This document shows, piece after piece, positions 36,113 through 47,500 of a DNA stretch of 64,000 nt. The DNA is from Camelus ferus. Lineage: Eukaryota. Under the pieces are notes generated by a model. That model saw only the letters and a program-made list of their open reading frames with translations, made no database searches and was not told the DNA's origin. Numbering within the stretch: the stretch's first letter is position 1; the number at the start of each line of letters is the position of its first letter. The position numbers were made by a program, and so were the translations under genes. The stretch is taken from the NCBI RefSeq assembly GCF_009834535.1, contig NC_045697.1, positions 112,160,001-112,224,000 on the forward strand, written 5' to 3'.

Positions 36113-36371
36113 TAGGTACATTTCAGAGCTATTGCAGGTTCAGATCTAGAGTCTTACAATAAAGCAAATATGTCAATAAAGCTGGTCAGATGAATCTGGG
36201 GTGTTTATAGTACACATAAAAGTTATATTTATATTGTACTGTAGTCTATTAAATGTGCAATACCATTATGTCTAAAAAACCAAAATATTAACCAGTATTT
36301 GACAATGCAGGTTTCCCACACAATATATATCTGTGAGGCTAAGTGAAGCAAAATAAAATGAGATTTTCCTG
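36113..36371 (-). mobile_element. Tigger1-derived MITE (copy A)
   Basis: tattgcaggttcag..caataaagcaaatat..ctgtagtctattaaatgtgcaata..aataaaatgagattttcctg; both degenerate TIRs; host L1 resumes at ~36374. Confidence 0.8.
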
Positions 36372-37079
36372 TCATACAGTATTGTTAACTAAAGTCACCA
36401 TTGTTGTGCACTAGGTCCCCAGAATATATTCATCCTATAACTGGAAATTTGTGCTTTGGGGCCATGTCCTGATTTCTGTATCCCTACCCCAACCCCCTGG
36501 AAATCACCATTCTGCTCTCTGTTTCGATGAATTCAATGTTTTTAGATCACATATGAGATCATACAGTTCTTGTCTTTTTCTGTCTGACTTATTTCACTTA
36601 GTAAAAATAGCCACTAGATCCATTTATGTTGTCAAAGATAGAAGTATTTAATTCTTTTTATGGGTGAATAATATTCCATTGTGTGTGTATCTATATTATA
36701 TATGTATAATGCTATAGTATATATATATGTCACATTTTATTTAACCGTTAATCTATTGATGGACACTTAGTTTGCTTCTGTGTCTTGGCTATTGTGAATA
36801 GTGCTGTTGTGAACATGATGGGTGCAGATATCTTTCAAATTACTGATTTCATTTCTTTCAAATATATATCAGGAAGGATAGCTATATCACATTGTAGTTC
36901 TATTTTTAATTTTTTGAGGAACTTCCATACTGTTTTCCATTGTGGCTGCACCCATTTACCTTCCCACCAACAGTGCTTAAGGGTTCCCTTTTCTCCACAT
37001 TCTTGGCAACACTTGCATCAAGCAACTCTATTGGGGCCATTTTTCTATCAGCATTGTTTTTTAAATTAATGCTGTTTTT

Positions 37080-37643
37080 AATGTTTTTTCTTCCAGTTTT
37101 ATCAAGATAATAATTGACATAACAGTACTACATAAGTTTAAGATATATAGCATAATAATTTGATTTATATACATCATGGAGTGATTATCACAAGTTCAGT
37201 GGAAATTCATCATCTCATATAGGTTCAAAAGTGAAGAAACAAAAGATTTTTTTCTTGTGATGAGAACGCTTAGGATTTACTCTCTTAACAACTTTCAGGC
37301 ATAACATGCAATAATGTTAATTATATTGATCATATTGTACATTACACCTCTAGTACTTATTTATCTTATAACTAGAAGATTGTACCTTTTGTCTGCCTTT
37401 ATTCAATTATTCACCCTGTCCCCACCTCTGCCTATCAGAAATGCTGATCTCATTTTCTATGAGTTGTTTGTTTGAGCTAGAAATATAATTGACCCACAAC
37501 ACTATGTTAGTTCCTATTACACAACGTAGTGGTTCCACATTTCTATTTATTTCAAACTGATCATTATGATCAGTCTAGTTATAATATGTCACCATACAAA
37601 GGCATTATTGACGATTTTCCCCACACTGTGCATTACATATCTG
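37080..37643 (-). mobile_element. L1-type 3' end nested in Tigger1 copy B
   Basis: 10-bp TSD tgctgttttt (37070-37079 and 37644-37653); ccagttttatcaagataataattgacata 3' end. Confidence 0.8.
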
Positions 37644-37722
37644 TGCTGTTTTTGTTTCATTGATTTTTAGACATAATGCTATCACACACTTAATGGACTT
37701 CAGTGTAGTGTAAACATATCTT

Positions 37723-38836
37723 TCTTTAAATTTTATTTTATTGAGTTATAGTCAGTTTACAATGTGTCAATTTCCAGTGTAGAGCACAACTTTTCAGTTA
37801 TACATGAGCATACATATACTCATTGTCACATTCTTTTTCACCGTGAGCTACCACAAGACCTTGTATATATTTCCTTGTGCTATACAGTATAATCTTGTTT
37901 ATGTATTCTATATATACCTGTCAATATCTACAAATTTCAAACTCCCAGTCTGTCCCTTCCCATCCACCCTCTCCTGGCAACCACAAGTTTGTATTCTATG
38001 TCTATGAGTCTGTTTCTGTTTAGTATTTATGTTCATTTTTCTTTTTCTTTTCTTTTCTTTTCTTTTCTTTTTTTTTCTTTCTTTCTTTTCTTTACTTTTC
38101 TTTTGTTTTCTTTTCTTTTTCTTTTCTTTTCAAATTCCACATATGAGTGATCTCATGGTATTTTTCTTTCTCTTTCTGGCTTACTTCACTTAGAATGACA
38201 TTCTCCAGGGACATCATGTTGCTGCAAAAGGCGTTATGTTGTCATTTTTATGGCTGAGTAGTATTCCATTGTATAAATATACCACATTTTCTTTATCCAG
38301 TTATCTGTTCATGGACATTTAGGCTGTTTCCATGTCTTGGCTATTGTAAATAGTGCTGCTATGAACATTGGGGTGCAGGTGTCATTTTGAAGTAGGGTTC
38401 CTTCTGGATTTATGCCCAGGAGCGGGATTCCTGGGTCATATGGTAAGTCTATTCCTAGTCTTTTGAGGAATCTCCATACTGTTTTCCACAGTGGCTGCAC
38501 CAAATTGCATTCCCACCAGCAGTGTAGGAGGGTTCCCCTTTCTCCACAGCCTCTCTAGCATTTGTCATTTGTGGACTTTTGAATGATGGCCATTCTGATT
38601 GGTGTGAGGTGATACCTCATTGTAGTTTTGATTTGTATTTCTCTGATAATTAGTGATACTGACCATTTTTTTCATGTGCCTATTGGTCATTTGTATGTTT
38701 TCATTGGAGAATTGCTTGTTTAGGTCTTCTGCCCATTTTTGGATTGGGTTGTTTGTTTTTTTCTTATTATGTCATGTGAGCTGCTTATATATTCTAGAGA
38801 TCAAGCTTTTGTCAGTTTCATCTTTTGCAAAAATTT
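37723..38836 (-). mobile_element. Young lineage-specific L1 3' end nested in Tigger1 copy B
   Basis: [56 protein letters not shown]; 12-bp TSD taaacatatctt (37711-37722 and 38837-38848); internal (CTTTT)n at ~38037-38130. Confidence 0.92.
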
Positions 38837-39560
38837 TAAACATATCTTCTATATGCACTGGGAGCCTAAAAAATGTGTGACTCACTTCATTGGGTATTCA
38901 GTTTATTGCTGTTGTCTGGAGCTGAAGCTGCAATATCTCTGAGGTAGGCCTGTAGCAGTTTTTTGGTGGAATCTTTAGAATTTTATATATTTAAGATGAT
39001 ATCATCTACAAACAGAGACAATTTTAATTCTTCTATTCTGATTGGATGACTTTTTTTTTTTCTTGACCAGTTGCTCTGTCCAGAACTTCCAGTACTATAT
39101 TGAATAGGGGTGGTGAGAGTGGGCTTCCTTGTCTTGTTCCGCATGGAGGAGGAAAAGATTTCAACTTTTCACCACTGAGAATGTTATTAGCTGTGAGATT
39201 ATCATCTATGGCCATTGTCATGTTGAGGTATGTTCCTTCTATATCCCGTTTGTTGTGTTTTTATCATGAAAGGATGCTGAATTTTGTCAGATGCTTTTTT
39301 TGCATATGTGGTGATGATCATATGGTTTGCATCTTTCTTTTATTAATGTGGTGCATTATGTTGATTAACTTGCAGATGTGGAACTATCCTTGCATCCCAG
39401 GGGTAAATCTCACTTGATCCTGGTATACCATCCTTTGAATGTGCCATTGAGTTCAGTTTGCTAGAGTTTTGTTGAAATTAGTGCATCTATATTTGCTGGA
39501 GATATTTGCCTCTAGGTTCCCCTTCTTGTAGTGTCATTATCTGGCTTTGGTATTGGGGTA

Positions 39561-39608
39561 ACACTGCCTTGGAGGAGGGCTGACACTGCCTTGGAGGAGG
39601 GCTGACAC
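39561..39608. repeat. Perfect 22-bp tandem duplication
   Basis: acactgccttggaggagggctg twice, then acac. Confidence 0.97.
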
Positions 39609-39990
39609 AGGTAAAGTGAAACTGTTCCTCTTACCCTCTCCCATGCATCCAATTTTGGATTTTTTTTCTCTGACAGTGTGCTGGAATTCCTGTTTTGGAT
39701 TTCTGGACTTTCATAAAGGCTCCCTTGTCCTTGAATGATTGTCTAAACCAGTGTTCTTCAAGGGGAAGGTGGTAGGAAACTCTTATCTTGCCATGTTGAT
39801 GACGTCACTCTCCATTGCCAAAAGAGATTTAAGCTAAGGCCAGGAGAACTTTGAAAAGCAATTGATTAACTAGAGGGGAGATAACTTCACTGGAGGTTAA
39901 GCAATTAGTGGACTAGGATGCTTCCTTCTGAGGCATAAGAGTACAGAATTTTTCCTTTATCTTTTCATTGGGTACAAGTTTACCATTTCA

Positions 39991-40109
39991 TTAATTTTGG
40001 CGGATGGGGAAGAAGGTGTTTATTTATTTATGGAGGTCCTGGGGATTGAACCCAGACCTGGTGCTTGCTAAGCATGTGCTCTACCACTGAGCTATATCCT
40101 CCCCTCACC
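39991..40109 (-). mobile_element. tRNA-Ala-derived SINE (camelid Vic-1 type)
   Basis: Minus strand GGGGAGGATATAGCTCAGTGGTAGAGCACATGCTTAGCAAGCACCAGGTCTGGGTTCAATCCCCAGGACCTCCA with A/B boxes and TAAA repeats; TSD accatttca (39982-39990 and 40110-40118). Confidence 0.85.
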
Positions 40110-40309
40110 ACCATTTCAAAATAAATAAAATAACTTTTGAAATGTTTGATTGGCTTTAGTTCTCTGGAAGTCTTTTCTGCATTGGTAATAATTACACTTT
40201 TATGTGCTGATGTAATATTACTCATAATACTATTACTAATAAATAGAATTCACTCTTACTGAATGTTCATGTGCTTTGTATTTTGCCAAGCACTTTTTAA
40301 GACCTTTTC

Positions 40310-41450
40310 TCAGCCCAGACTCCAGAACAGAAACCCAAATGTGTGTATTTGCCTACTGGACACCTTCCTTTGGGGATTTTTAAGCCCGCTTACCATTTTC
40401 AGCCCCAAACTTTCTATTCTTCTGTGTTTTCTGGGTTGGTGAAGTGCATCCCTACCTACTCAGCTCCTCCACCTTGTATCTGGACATCATATTTGGCTCT
40501 TGTTCTTTCTCTCCATCTTGATTGTTGAACATCAAGCCCTTGTTTACAGAGCTGTTAGTTCTAGCCTTGGAAACCATCCTATCCTTCTTCATCTCCATGC
40601 CTGTCACTTGGTTTACACCCTACATGTCCCATTGCAAGGGGCTCTTTGTGGATCTCCTTACACCCACCCTTTGTTGCCCTCTGACCAATGCTCTACTCCT
40701 TAGCTGGAAACACAGTTTAAAAAGCCAACATAGTCATGTCACTTCCCTATGAAACTCCCTTCTGTAGAATAAACATTTACTTTCCCATTCTGCCTCATCT
40801 ACTGCCTCCTCCCCTATTGCCTCCTCTCCTACCCACCCCGTACTTTAGCATTTTTGAACAATCAGATCTTACTTTAAAGGCATAGACACTAATGAATGTA
40901 TCTACAAATCAGAAACAGACTCACGGATATAGTAAACAATCTTATGGTAACCTGGGGGAAAGGGGGTAGGAAGGGATAAATTAGAGGTTTGAGATTTGCA
41001 AATATTAGCTACTATGTATAAAAATAGATAAAAACATTTTTATTGTATAGCACAGGGAACATATTTAATATCTTACAGTAACCTATAATAAAAAAGAATG
41101 TGAAAACAAATATATGTATGTGTATGCATGACTGGGACATTGTTCTGTACAGCAGAAATTGACACATTGTAACTGACTATACTTCAATAAATTAAAAAGT
41201 AAAAAAAGAAGGCACTTCTTCAGAGGGACTTCCTTGATTCCTTAGAAGTGTTTTGGTCTCTCTCTCCTGAGTCCACAGTACATTTTACTTTTCTATTTTC
41301 ACCCCTCACAATTTTGTGTACACTGACTTTCTTCCCCACAAGACAGGGACGGCAGGAAGGCAGGCAATACAGTCATGCTCACCACATTATTTACATTGTT
41401 TGGCATAATGCAAGCACTCCATAAATGTTCTTTGATTGAATGAATAAATT
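40310..41450 (+). mobile_element. L2 3' portion, interrupted by L1
   Basis: tgcctactggacacc..catgtcacttccctatgaaactcc..cttcttcagagggacttccttga..ataaatgttctttgattgaatgaat. Confidence 0.65.
40883..41208 (+). mobile_element. Lineage-specific L1 3' end
   Basis: cagaaacagactcacggatatagtaaacaatcttatggt..gacacattgtaactgactatacttcaat plus A tail; short TSD aaggca. Confidence 0.85.
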
Positions 41451-42203
41451 CTAATGGGTCCTCCAGGTCCAAGTCTGGGCTCTTCACAAGATGCCATTCT
41501 GCTTTTAGACACACATTTTGATTTAATTTTCAAGTCATAAAAATTCAGTGTTTCCCTCAGGACTCCAAGAGGATCACCCAATATATTCAATATAGACATT
41601 TACATTCTGTTTTCTATTTAGGCAATATCTCAGTTTTTCTTAGTAAAATGTTCCATAGACTCCTTTTGAAATCCTTAGTAAAAAGATCAAGGAAGAATGG
41701 ACATTGTTAAGTGAAAGTGATTAAAGTATATTTTAAGTAGTACTAGAGTATCCTAAGGCAAACTAAAAATGTGTTTCAAGCAGGTGATTTTGACTATTAC
41801 CATTTCTTGAAAAAAAAAAAGTAATCCTAGTGGAAAAAATTGGAAATTTGTTAAGCTTCCTAAAACTCATCTTGATGTTTATTACTGATTTCCCTTTTAG
41901 TTATACAAGGGGGTACAATAATCTTAAAATCATTAAATGCCTTAAAAGGACTCGGTTTTGAATATTTGTGATAAAGAAAAATATTTGATTTTCTACGTTG
42001 TCGAAACCAAAGTTCTTTCACTTTTTATAATAATAATAAAAACCAAGCAGTATTGTATCTCAGACTATGGTAGGTATTTCCTATGTATTATCTCTAATTC
42101 ATGTTTCCATGGGAATTAGGTGTTATCCCCCCAGTCTTGTAGGTGAGAAAAGCGAGAGGGAGAGCGGGCAGGTAAGGGGGCCAGCTCCCAGCCTGCACGC
42201 CTT

Positions 42204-42217
42204 CTGGCAGGTGGCAC
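42204..42217 (+). promoter_or_regulatory. Candidate CTCF motif
   Basis: CTGGCAGGTGGCAC matches CCASYAGRKGGCRS at 12/14 positions, in a GC-richer non-repeat patch. Confidence 0.4.
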
Positions 42218-42639
42218 TGTTCACTCTGTGTGCTGGCGATTCCTTCCTCCTCTTCAGATCCATCCTGATGAGAGTTCCAAGGCTGACTATGCGGCAGGAT
42301 TGCTTTTACTGCTCCAATCTGCTTAAATTGGCTCCTACGCAAACCTGAAGTGCAGCCCTAGCAGCTCAATAGGAAATCTATAGGTTCCAGCAGGCTGCCC
42401 ACAGGGGAGCAGCGGCAGTCTAATTTGTAACAATCAGCATCGCAGGGCGGGTGGCAGGGCTGCTTTGAAGAAACAGACATGAGTTTCAGGCATTGGAGCT
42501 GACAGAACAACTGAGATTTAGTGTAGAAACTAAGCATTTCCTTTAGAATCAGTCCTTCTGTAGATCTGGAGTCAACACATAAATTTCCTTTATTCAGGAC
42601 CTGGTTTTGTCACTCACTGATGTTATTTACATATTTATT

Positions 42640-42942
42640 TTTCTTTTTTCTAAAATTAAAGTATAGTCAGATTACAATGTGTCAATTTCTAGTGTACAGC
42701 ATAATAGTTCTGTCATACATATACACACATATATTCATTTTCATTATAGATTGCTACAAGATATTGAATATAGTTCCCTGTGCTATACAATAGAAACCTT
42801 TTGTTTATCTATTTCATATGTAATAGTTCATATCTGCAAATTTGGAACTCTCACTTTATCCGTCCACCTATTTTTGCCCCTGGTAACCATAAGTTTGTTT
42901 TCTGTGTCTGTGAGTCTGTCTCTGTTTTGTAAATATGTTTGC
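42640..42942 (-). mobile_element. Lineage-specific L1 3' end
   Basis: aagtatagtcagattacaatgtgtcaatttct..atagttccctgtgctataca..ctggtaaccataagtttgttt. Confidence 0.85.
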
Positions 42943-43909
42943 CTATTTAGGCAGAGACCAGTATTCATAAGGCTATGGATAAAGTTTGAGTTAGTAAAAT
43001 AGTTCCCATGGTAAAACCATTTCGATCCAATAAAACACACTGAGTAAATCAAGTTGACCTGAGAAGATTTGGAAATAGCTATGAGTGGAGGAAATGCTAC
43101 AAGTGTCATTTGTGGCAGTACTTCTTGAAGAGCTGGTCTACCTCAAGAATCTCTCAGAATCTCTGGCTTCCTTCCCTGAAGTAGACCCTTGAAGAGGCTG
43201 GGGTCAGCTCTAGTTGCTCTCCTTTGGTGACACGGGTGTATCCTGGATGCCTAGAAAGATTGCTGGAGCTGAGCTGGACCTGGATGGGAAACAAATGTGT
43301 GTAAGTTTGTATGAGTTTCTGAAGACATGCATAAGAAACGTGGTAAGAAAAGTCATTAAACCATGTGGTGTTTCAATCACTATAAAATGAGTATCTAAAA
43401 ACCAATGAACCACCTTTACGTGAAAAGCAGAGTATAGAGCAGTAACATTTGCCCTTAGTTTTAATTTACTAGAAAATTTCGTTTCTTTTTTTTTTTTTTA
43501 ATTTCGTTTTATAATGCCTGAGTCTAAGGCAGCTCTTTTCTTTCCCAGCCAACTCCCCCTGCTGATTACTCAGCCTCTCCCACTTTCTTAATGCGTTCCC
43601 ATCCCCTGAGACACCGCTTGACTGACTGACTTTCCACTGGAAGCCTCCTTGCCTCTTCGTGTGAATTTTAATGAGTCGCAGTGGCTGTGACTATTTCAAC
43701 AGCTCCGCATGCAGCTAGTTCTGTAGCTGCAAATGCATCAGCTTTCTCCGTATCCTGGAAAGTGATGGTTAGAATATGGTGTTAATAAGGCCACGTGTGC
43801 TTATATTCTTGTCGGTTAACTAGTATCACTCAGAGACACCGTCTTTTCTAAGGGCAGGGACTCTATCTCTGACCCCGGGGATTGAGGATGCCATGCATAT
43901 AAGTTGAAG

Positions 43910-44230
43910 CCAAGTTTGCCTTCATCTCCTGATATCCATTCTCCATTCACTTTAGTAAGAGTGAATAAATGCAAAGGGAAAAAGCCTAGGACAGCATTTC
44001 CCAGCTTCCCTTGCAGCAATGTGCAGTCATGTATCCAAAGTGATGATGTAGGAATGAGAGTGACAACCTGGAAACACTCTGGGTACCAGAAGCTTCAAAG
44101 CAGGGGAGTGTAGCCCTACACTGCCTACCTCCAGCCTTCTCTGTGAGAAACAAACTAACTCCTCTCCCCTTTAAGCCTCTGTTATTTTGGAACTTTGTTA
44201 CTCAAGAGTGAATCAATCCTAACTGATTTA
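43910..44230 (+). mobile_element. MLT1J-like MaLR LTR
   Basis: catttcccagcttcccttgcagc..tttaagcctctgttattttgg..tttgttact..aatcctaactga. Confidence 0.65.
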
Positions 44231-44704
44231 TAGGGCAACAAGCATGAATATCCCAATGACTGTTCATAAACTGTTAGTTTTATTTAGAACTTATGTCTTC
44301 AAAATATTAGTCAAAGTGATGAAATAGTTAAGCACAATGCTTAATAAGTGAGCATTCAGGATTATATTTGGCATTGACTTTATTTAACAAAAAATTCTTG
44401 CATTATCTATTACATTAATTTAAATGAGGACATATATAGTTCATCTGATTAAGCACCAAGTACATAGTGAGTCTCAGTAACAATCATACGCTCGTGCTTC
44501 TAAATAAAGGTACTGTGTTTCCTTTATAAAGCTCTTGGTATTTATTTTTATTATAAACATCATTGTAGTGAAATAGGGACTCTTCCTGACCTGCAAGCTT
44601 CCCCACTATAAAAGCACTCAGATAATCTGGTTACACTCCTCTAGAATGATTTTGTCTAAACACACAAGTTGTTTATTTCAAAGTAGCAATTTTTTTCCCA
44701 CAAT

Positions 44705-45134
44705 GGTACATGGTTACACTGGTTTACCTCAATGAGCCATGCCTCCTGGTAGCCATACCAGCATGTGTTGATTGTCCCCTCCCATTTTGATACTGGACGT
44801 GGCCAGGTGATTTCTTTTGGCCAATGGGACATCAGCAAACACATGGTAAACAGATTATATGTATGCATGCACTGGAGCTTGTTCTTTGGGGATGTTGCTG
44901 TTCTCTCTTGAGGAGGCTTGGACTAGCTTCCTAAAGGATAAGAGATCAGATGGAGAGAAGGGCCCAGCTATACCAGCTATCCCACAACAACCCTCCAGCT
45001 GAAGACAGCTGTTTATGTGAGTCTATGTGGGATCATCAGGAGACCTAGAGTCATAAGAAAAATAATAAATCATTATTGTTTGACACTAGTAAGTTTTGGG
45101 TTGATTTGTTACTCAGCCAAAGATGACAGACACA
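44705..45134 (+). mobile_element. MLT1G/H-like MaLR LTR
   Basis: ttttggccaatgggacatcagcaaa..aataaatcattattgttt..taagttttgggttgatttgttac. Confidence 0.75.
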
Positions 45135-45619
45135 TTAACATGCACAAACTTCTTTTATGTGTATGATGTGTATGTATATATTTTTTATAGGAAGAGATAG
45201 AATAAAAAAGGTAACTTAGCTAAGCTTTACATTTCTCCTTATATTTTGATACAAACTTAGCAAAAAGACTTATTCTGTGTTTTATGTGTTTGACAGCAAG
45301 AAATTAGAGGAAACTATTAACTATTAAATTTGTGCACTGCACAAGCTTTGACCAGTGACTGATGCTTTGGTTAGTTACATTAGAAGCCTATCCACATAAT
45401 AACACACTTTAAATTATAGAAAAATGTATTATAATAAATTTTAAGCATTTTATATTTAAATTTCAAAAACTTTAGTGGAAGCTAAATTCCAAGATGGGAG
45501 GGAGAGAGAGAAAGAGACTGAGATTGTCATTCTGGTTATATTTTTAAGAATCAGAGAACTGAGGAATCAATCATAAACTCACCAGGCTGTTTCCTTTTTT
45601 CTAAGAGTCCCCTTTGAGT

Positions 45620-46143
45620 TGAAGGGAAGCAGAACTTGTCACCATATAATATGCTTCTCTGGTATATTGATTATTTATTTTAGCCTGGTTTTTAAGAATC
45701 AGCACACAGGTGAAGCTCTGAAAACTGAGTAGAAGATACAGTTTTGTAAGAGACATTCACATTTATAAGGGAAAATTCAATTTTGCAAGGGTGGATCCCT
45801 TTTTGAACCAGGGAGAGAAGGATGTTTCTAGAAAATTTGATCAATGGAGAAGGCAATAGCTTAAATCTGGATAACAAAATTACCCTTGTTTACTAACCAT
45901 TTATAACTCATTTTCTCCTGGCCCCCAACATCTTTTGTCTTTACTTATAGATGACATTTAAGGTGATGACTTGGGCAATTTCAGGAAGTTATTTTTCGTG
46001 GGTCTTTCCTATGTTTACAGGAGGTATACATGTTATGAAATTTGTTTGTTTGTTTTTTAACTGTTAATCTGCCTTTTTATTACATGGCCATCTCAGCCAA
46101 GAACCTAGAAGGGTAGAGAAAAAATTATTTTTCCTCTCCCACA
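45620..46143 (+). mobile_element. MER34-like ERV1 5' LTR
   Basis: TGAAGGGAAGCAGA...ctctcccaCA; homologous to 21400-21931; followed by a PBS-like motif. Confidence 0.85.
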
Positions 46144-46945
46144 GTTTGGGAACCTAGGATGGGACTTTCTAAGACACCATATTCTTTCTGGAGATTGCAG
46201 CCAGGATACTAGAAAACTGGCAGAAGCCAGCAAAGGATAAGAATTCTTATCCAAGTCAACTCTCCTGGATGTCATTCTGCAGTGCCCAGTCAAGAGAGGA
46301 AGGTAAACATTTCTTGTTCCTTCCTTCTCAAATTGAAACTATCAGGGCACAATATTTGTGTGAATTAGTTCCTTGGGTGTAGTAACTTTGGTAAACATTT
46401 TTTTTGAGTGTTCTTGTTTTCTATTGATCCCTTTTCTCACAGAGATGGTCATCGTTTTCTTTTGTCTCTGTCTTTTGTGTCATTTGTCATAAGGAGGGGA
46501 ATCACAGATGTAAGGAAGTTTTCCTTTCATCTTGTTCTGTGTCTTCAGAGCTTGGCTTTGTGACCAGTGAGAATATTCTGTCTGGTTCTGCCAGTTGAAG
46601 GATGCATGTGACAGCATGCCTCTGGTGGCATAGGCAGTGGATCTGAGGAGCAGCATTCTCTGTCCTACCATGTGACCGCTCAGAGTAGTTTGTCATGAGT
46701 GGTCCTGGTACATAAAGGGCCATTGTCATCTCAACCTTCATCATCTTGTTACTGCTGGAAATGTCCCATTCCAGCTGTGTTTGCCCAGTGTCACAGGTGT
46801 GATTGGAGGTGTCTCACATTCTTGTGGGAAACCAGAGACACTGTTGTCACTGCACCTTTGCTACCTCCTTTGACATTAAAGATCTTCACTTTCTTGGACA
46901 AACTTTGGGGTTAAACTTTCTGGATCCTGTGAGAATTGACTTTTA
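46144..46945 (+). mobile_element. ERV internal 5' leader with tRNA-Ser-like PBS (46147-46165), truncated
   Basis: TGGGAACCTAGGATGGGAC resembles TGGCGACGAGGATGGGAT (recalled complement of the tRNA-Ser(GCU) 3' end) 3 nt after the LTR; the LTR has no matching TSD; no gag ORF recognised. Confidence 0.55.
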
Positions 46946-47309
46946 CAGTAGATATTTCCAGTAGATATTTGCAAACCAGGTGGAATTGAGTTCACATTTG
47001 TTTTCCTATCATGGTAATCTCTTTTCTAGACTAATGTTATGTAAATGTTATAGCTTGAAGTATCTTTAGGACATATGGAAACAAAATATAAGCATTTGTT
47101 CCATAATTTCAAAATCCTCTTTCCAGAAATAAACTATTCTCATCATTTGCAAAACAAATGGACTCACTCCTAATGAATGTCTCTCCCCTTGATTCAATTT
47201 TATGGTAACTTTCACAGTAAAGTATATATTTTATTATAATTTTATTACTTTGTAAATTAATTTCTTATAAGTATTCCAAGGATCTTTTTTATATGCATAA
47301 TATTGTGGA

Positions 47310-47500
47310 TAAATACAGAATCTGAAAGCCAGAATTCCTGAATTCTAGACTAGATGTAACATTGCTTAGTCACATGATTTAGAAGCAAGCAATTTAATTT
47401 CTCTGATTAGTTTTTAATTTAAAATATGGGCTTAGTAATATCTTTGTATTCTTCAAAAGATTTTTGAAGAACCAAACAAGAGCACATATGTGAATTTATT
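47310..47500 (+). mobile_element. MIR
   Basis: ccagaattcctgaattctagac..caagcaatttaatttctctga..tttaaaatatggg. Confidence 0.55.

Larger units (their letters stand above)
37004..38952 (+). mobile_element. Tigger1-derived MITE (copy B), left TIR lost, split by two L1 insertions
   Basis: Three pieces: catcaagcaactctattggggccattttt (~37016), tagacataatgctat..gtgtaaacat (~37670), tatatgcactggg..caatatctctgaggtaggcctg followed by TA (~38850-38954). Confidence 0.8.
35903..39821 (-). mobile_element. L1MA9-like L1 retaining both termini, with two large internal gaps; host of nested elements
   Basis: 3' end cagctttattgaggtataactgaca; RT motif [31 protein letters not shown]; 5' end GGAGAGTGACGTCATCAACATGGC on the minus strand at 39813; flanking repeat aagagattt (35894-35902 and 39822-39830). 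Confidence 0.8.

Noticed and set aside
40031..40104. tRNA-Ala(AGC) gene
   Set aside because: Acceptor and anticodon stems are broken, and the TAAA repeats, tail and TSD mark it as a SINE
21400..46143. Related LTR pair as a large provirus or duplication
   Set aside because: 24 kb apart with unrelated flanks; the left copy has its own near-TSD and the PBS follows the right copy
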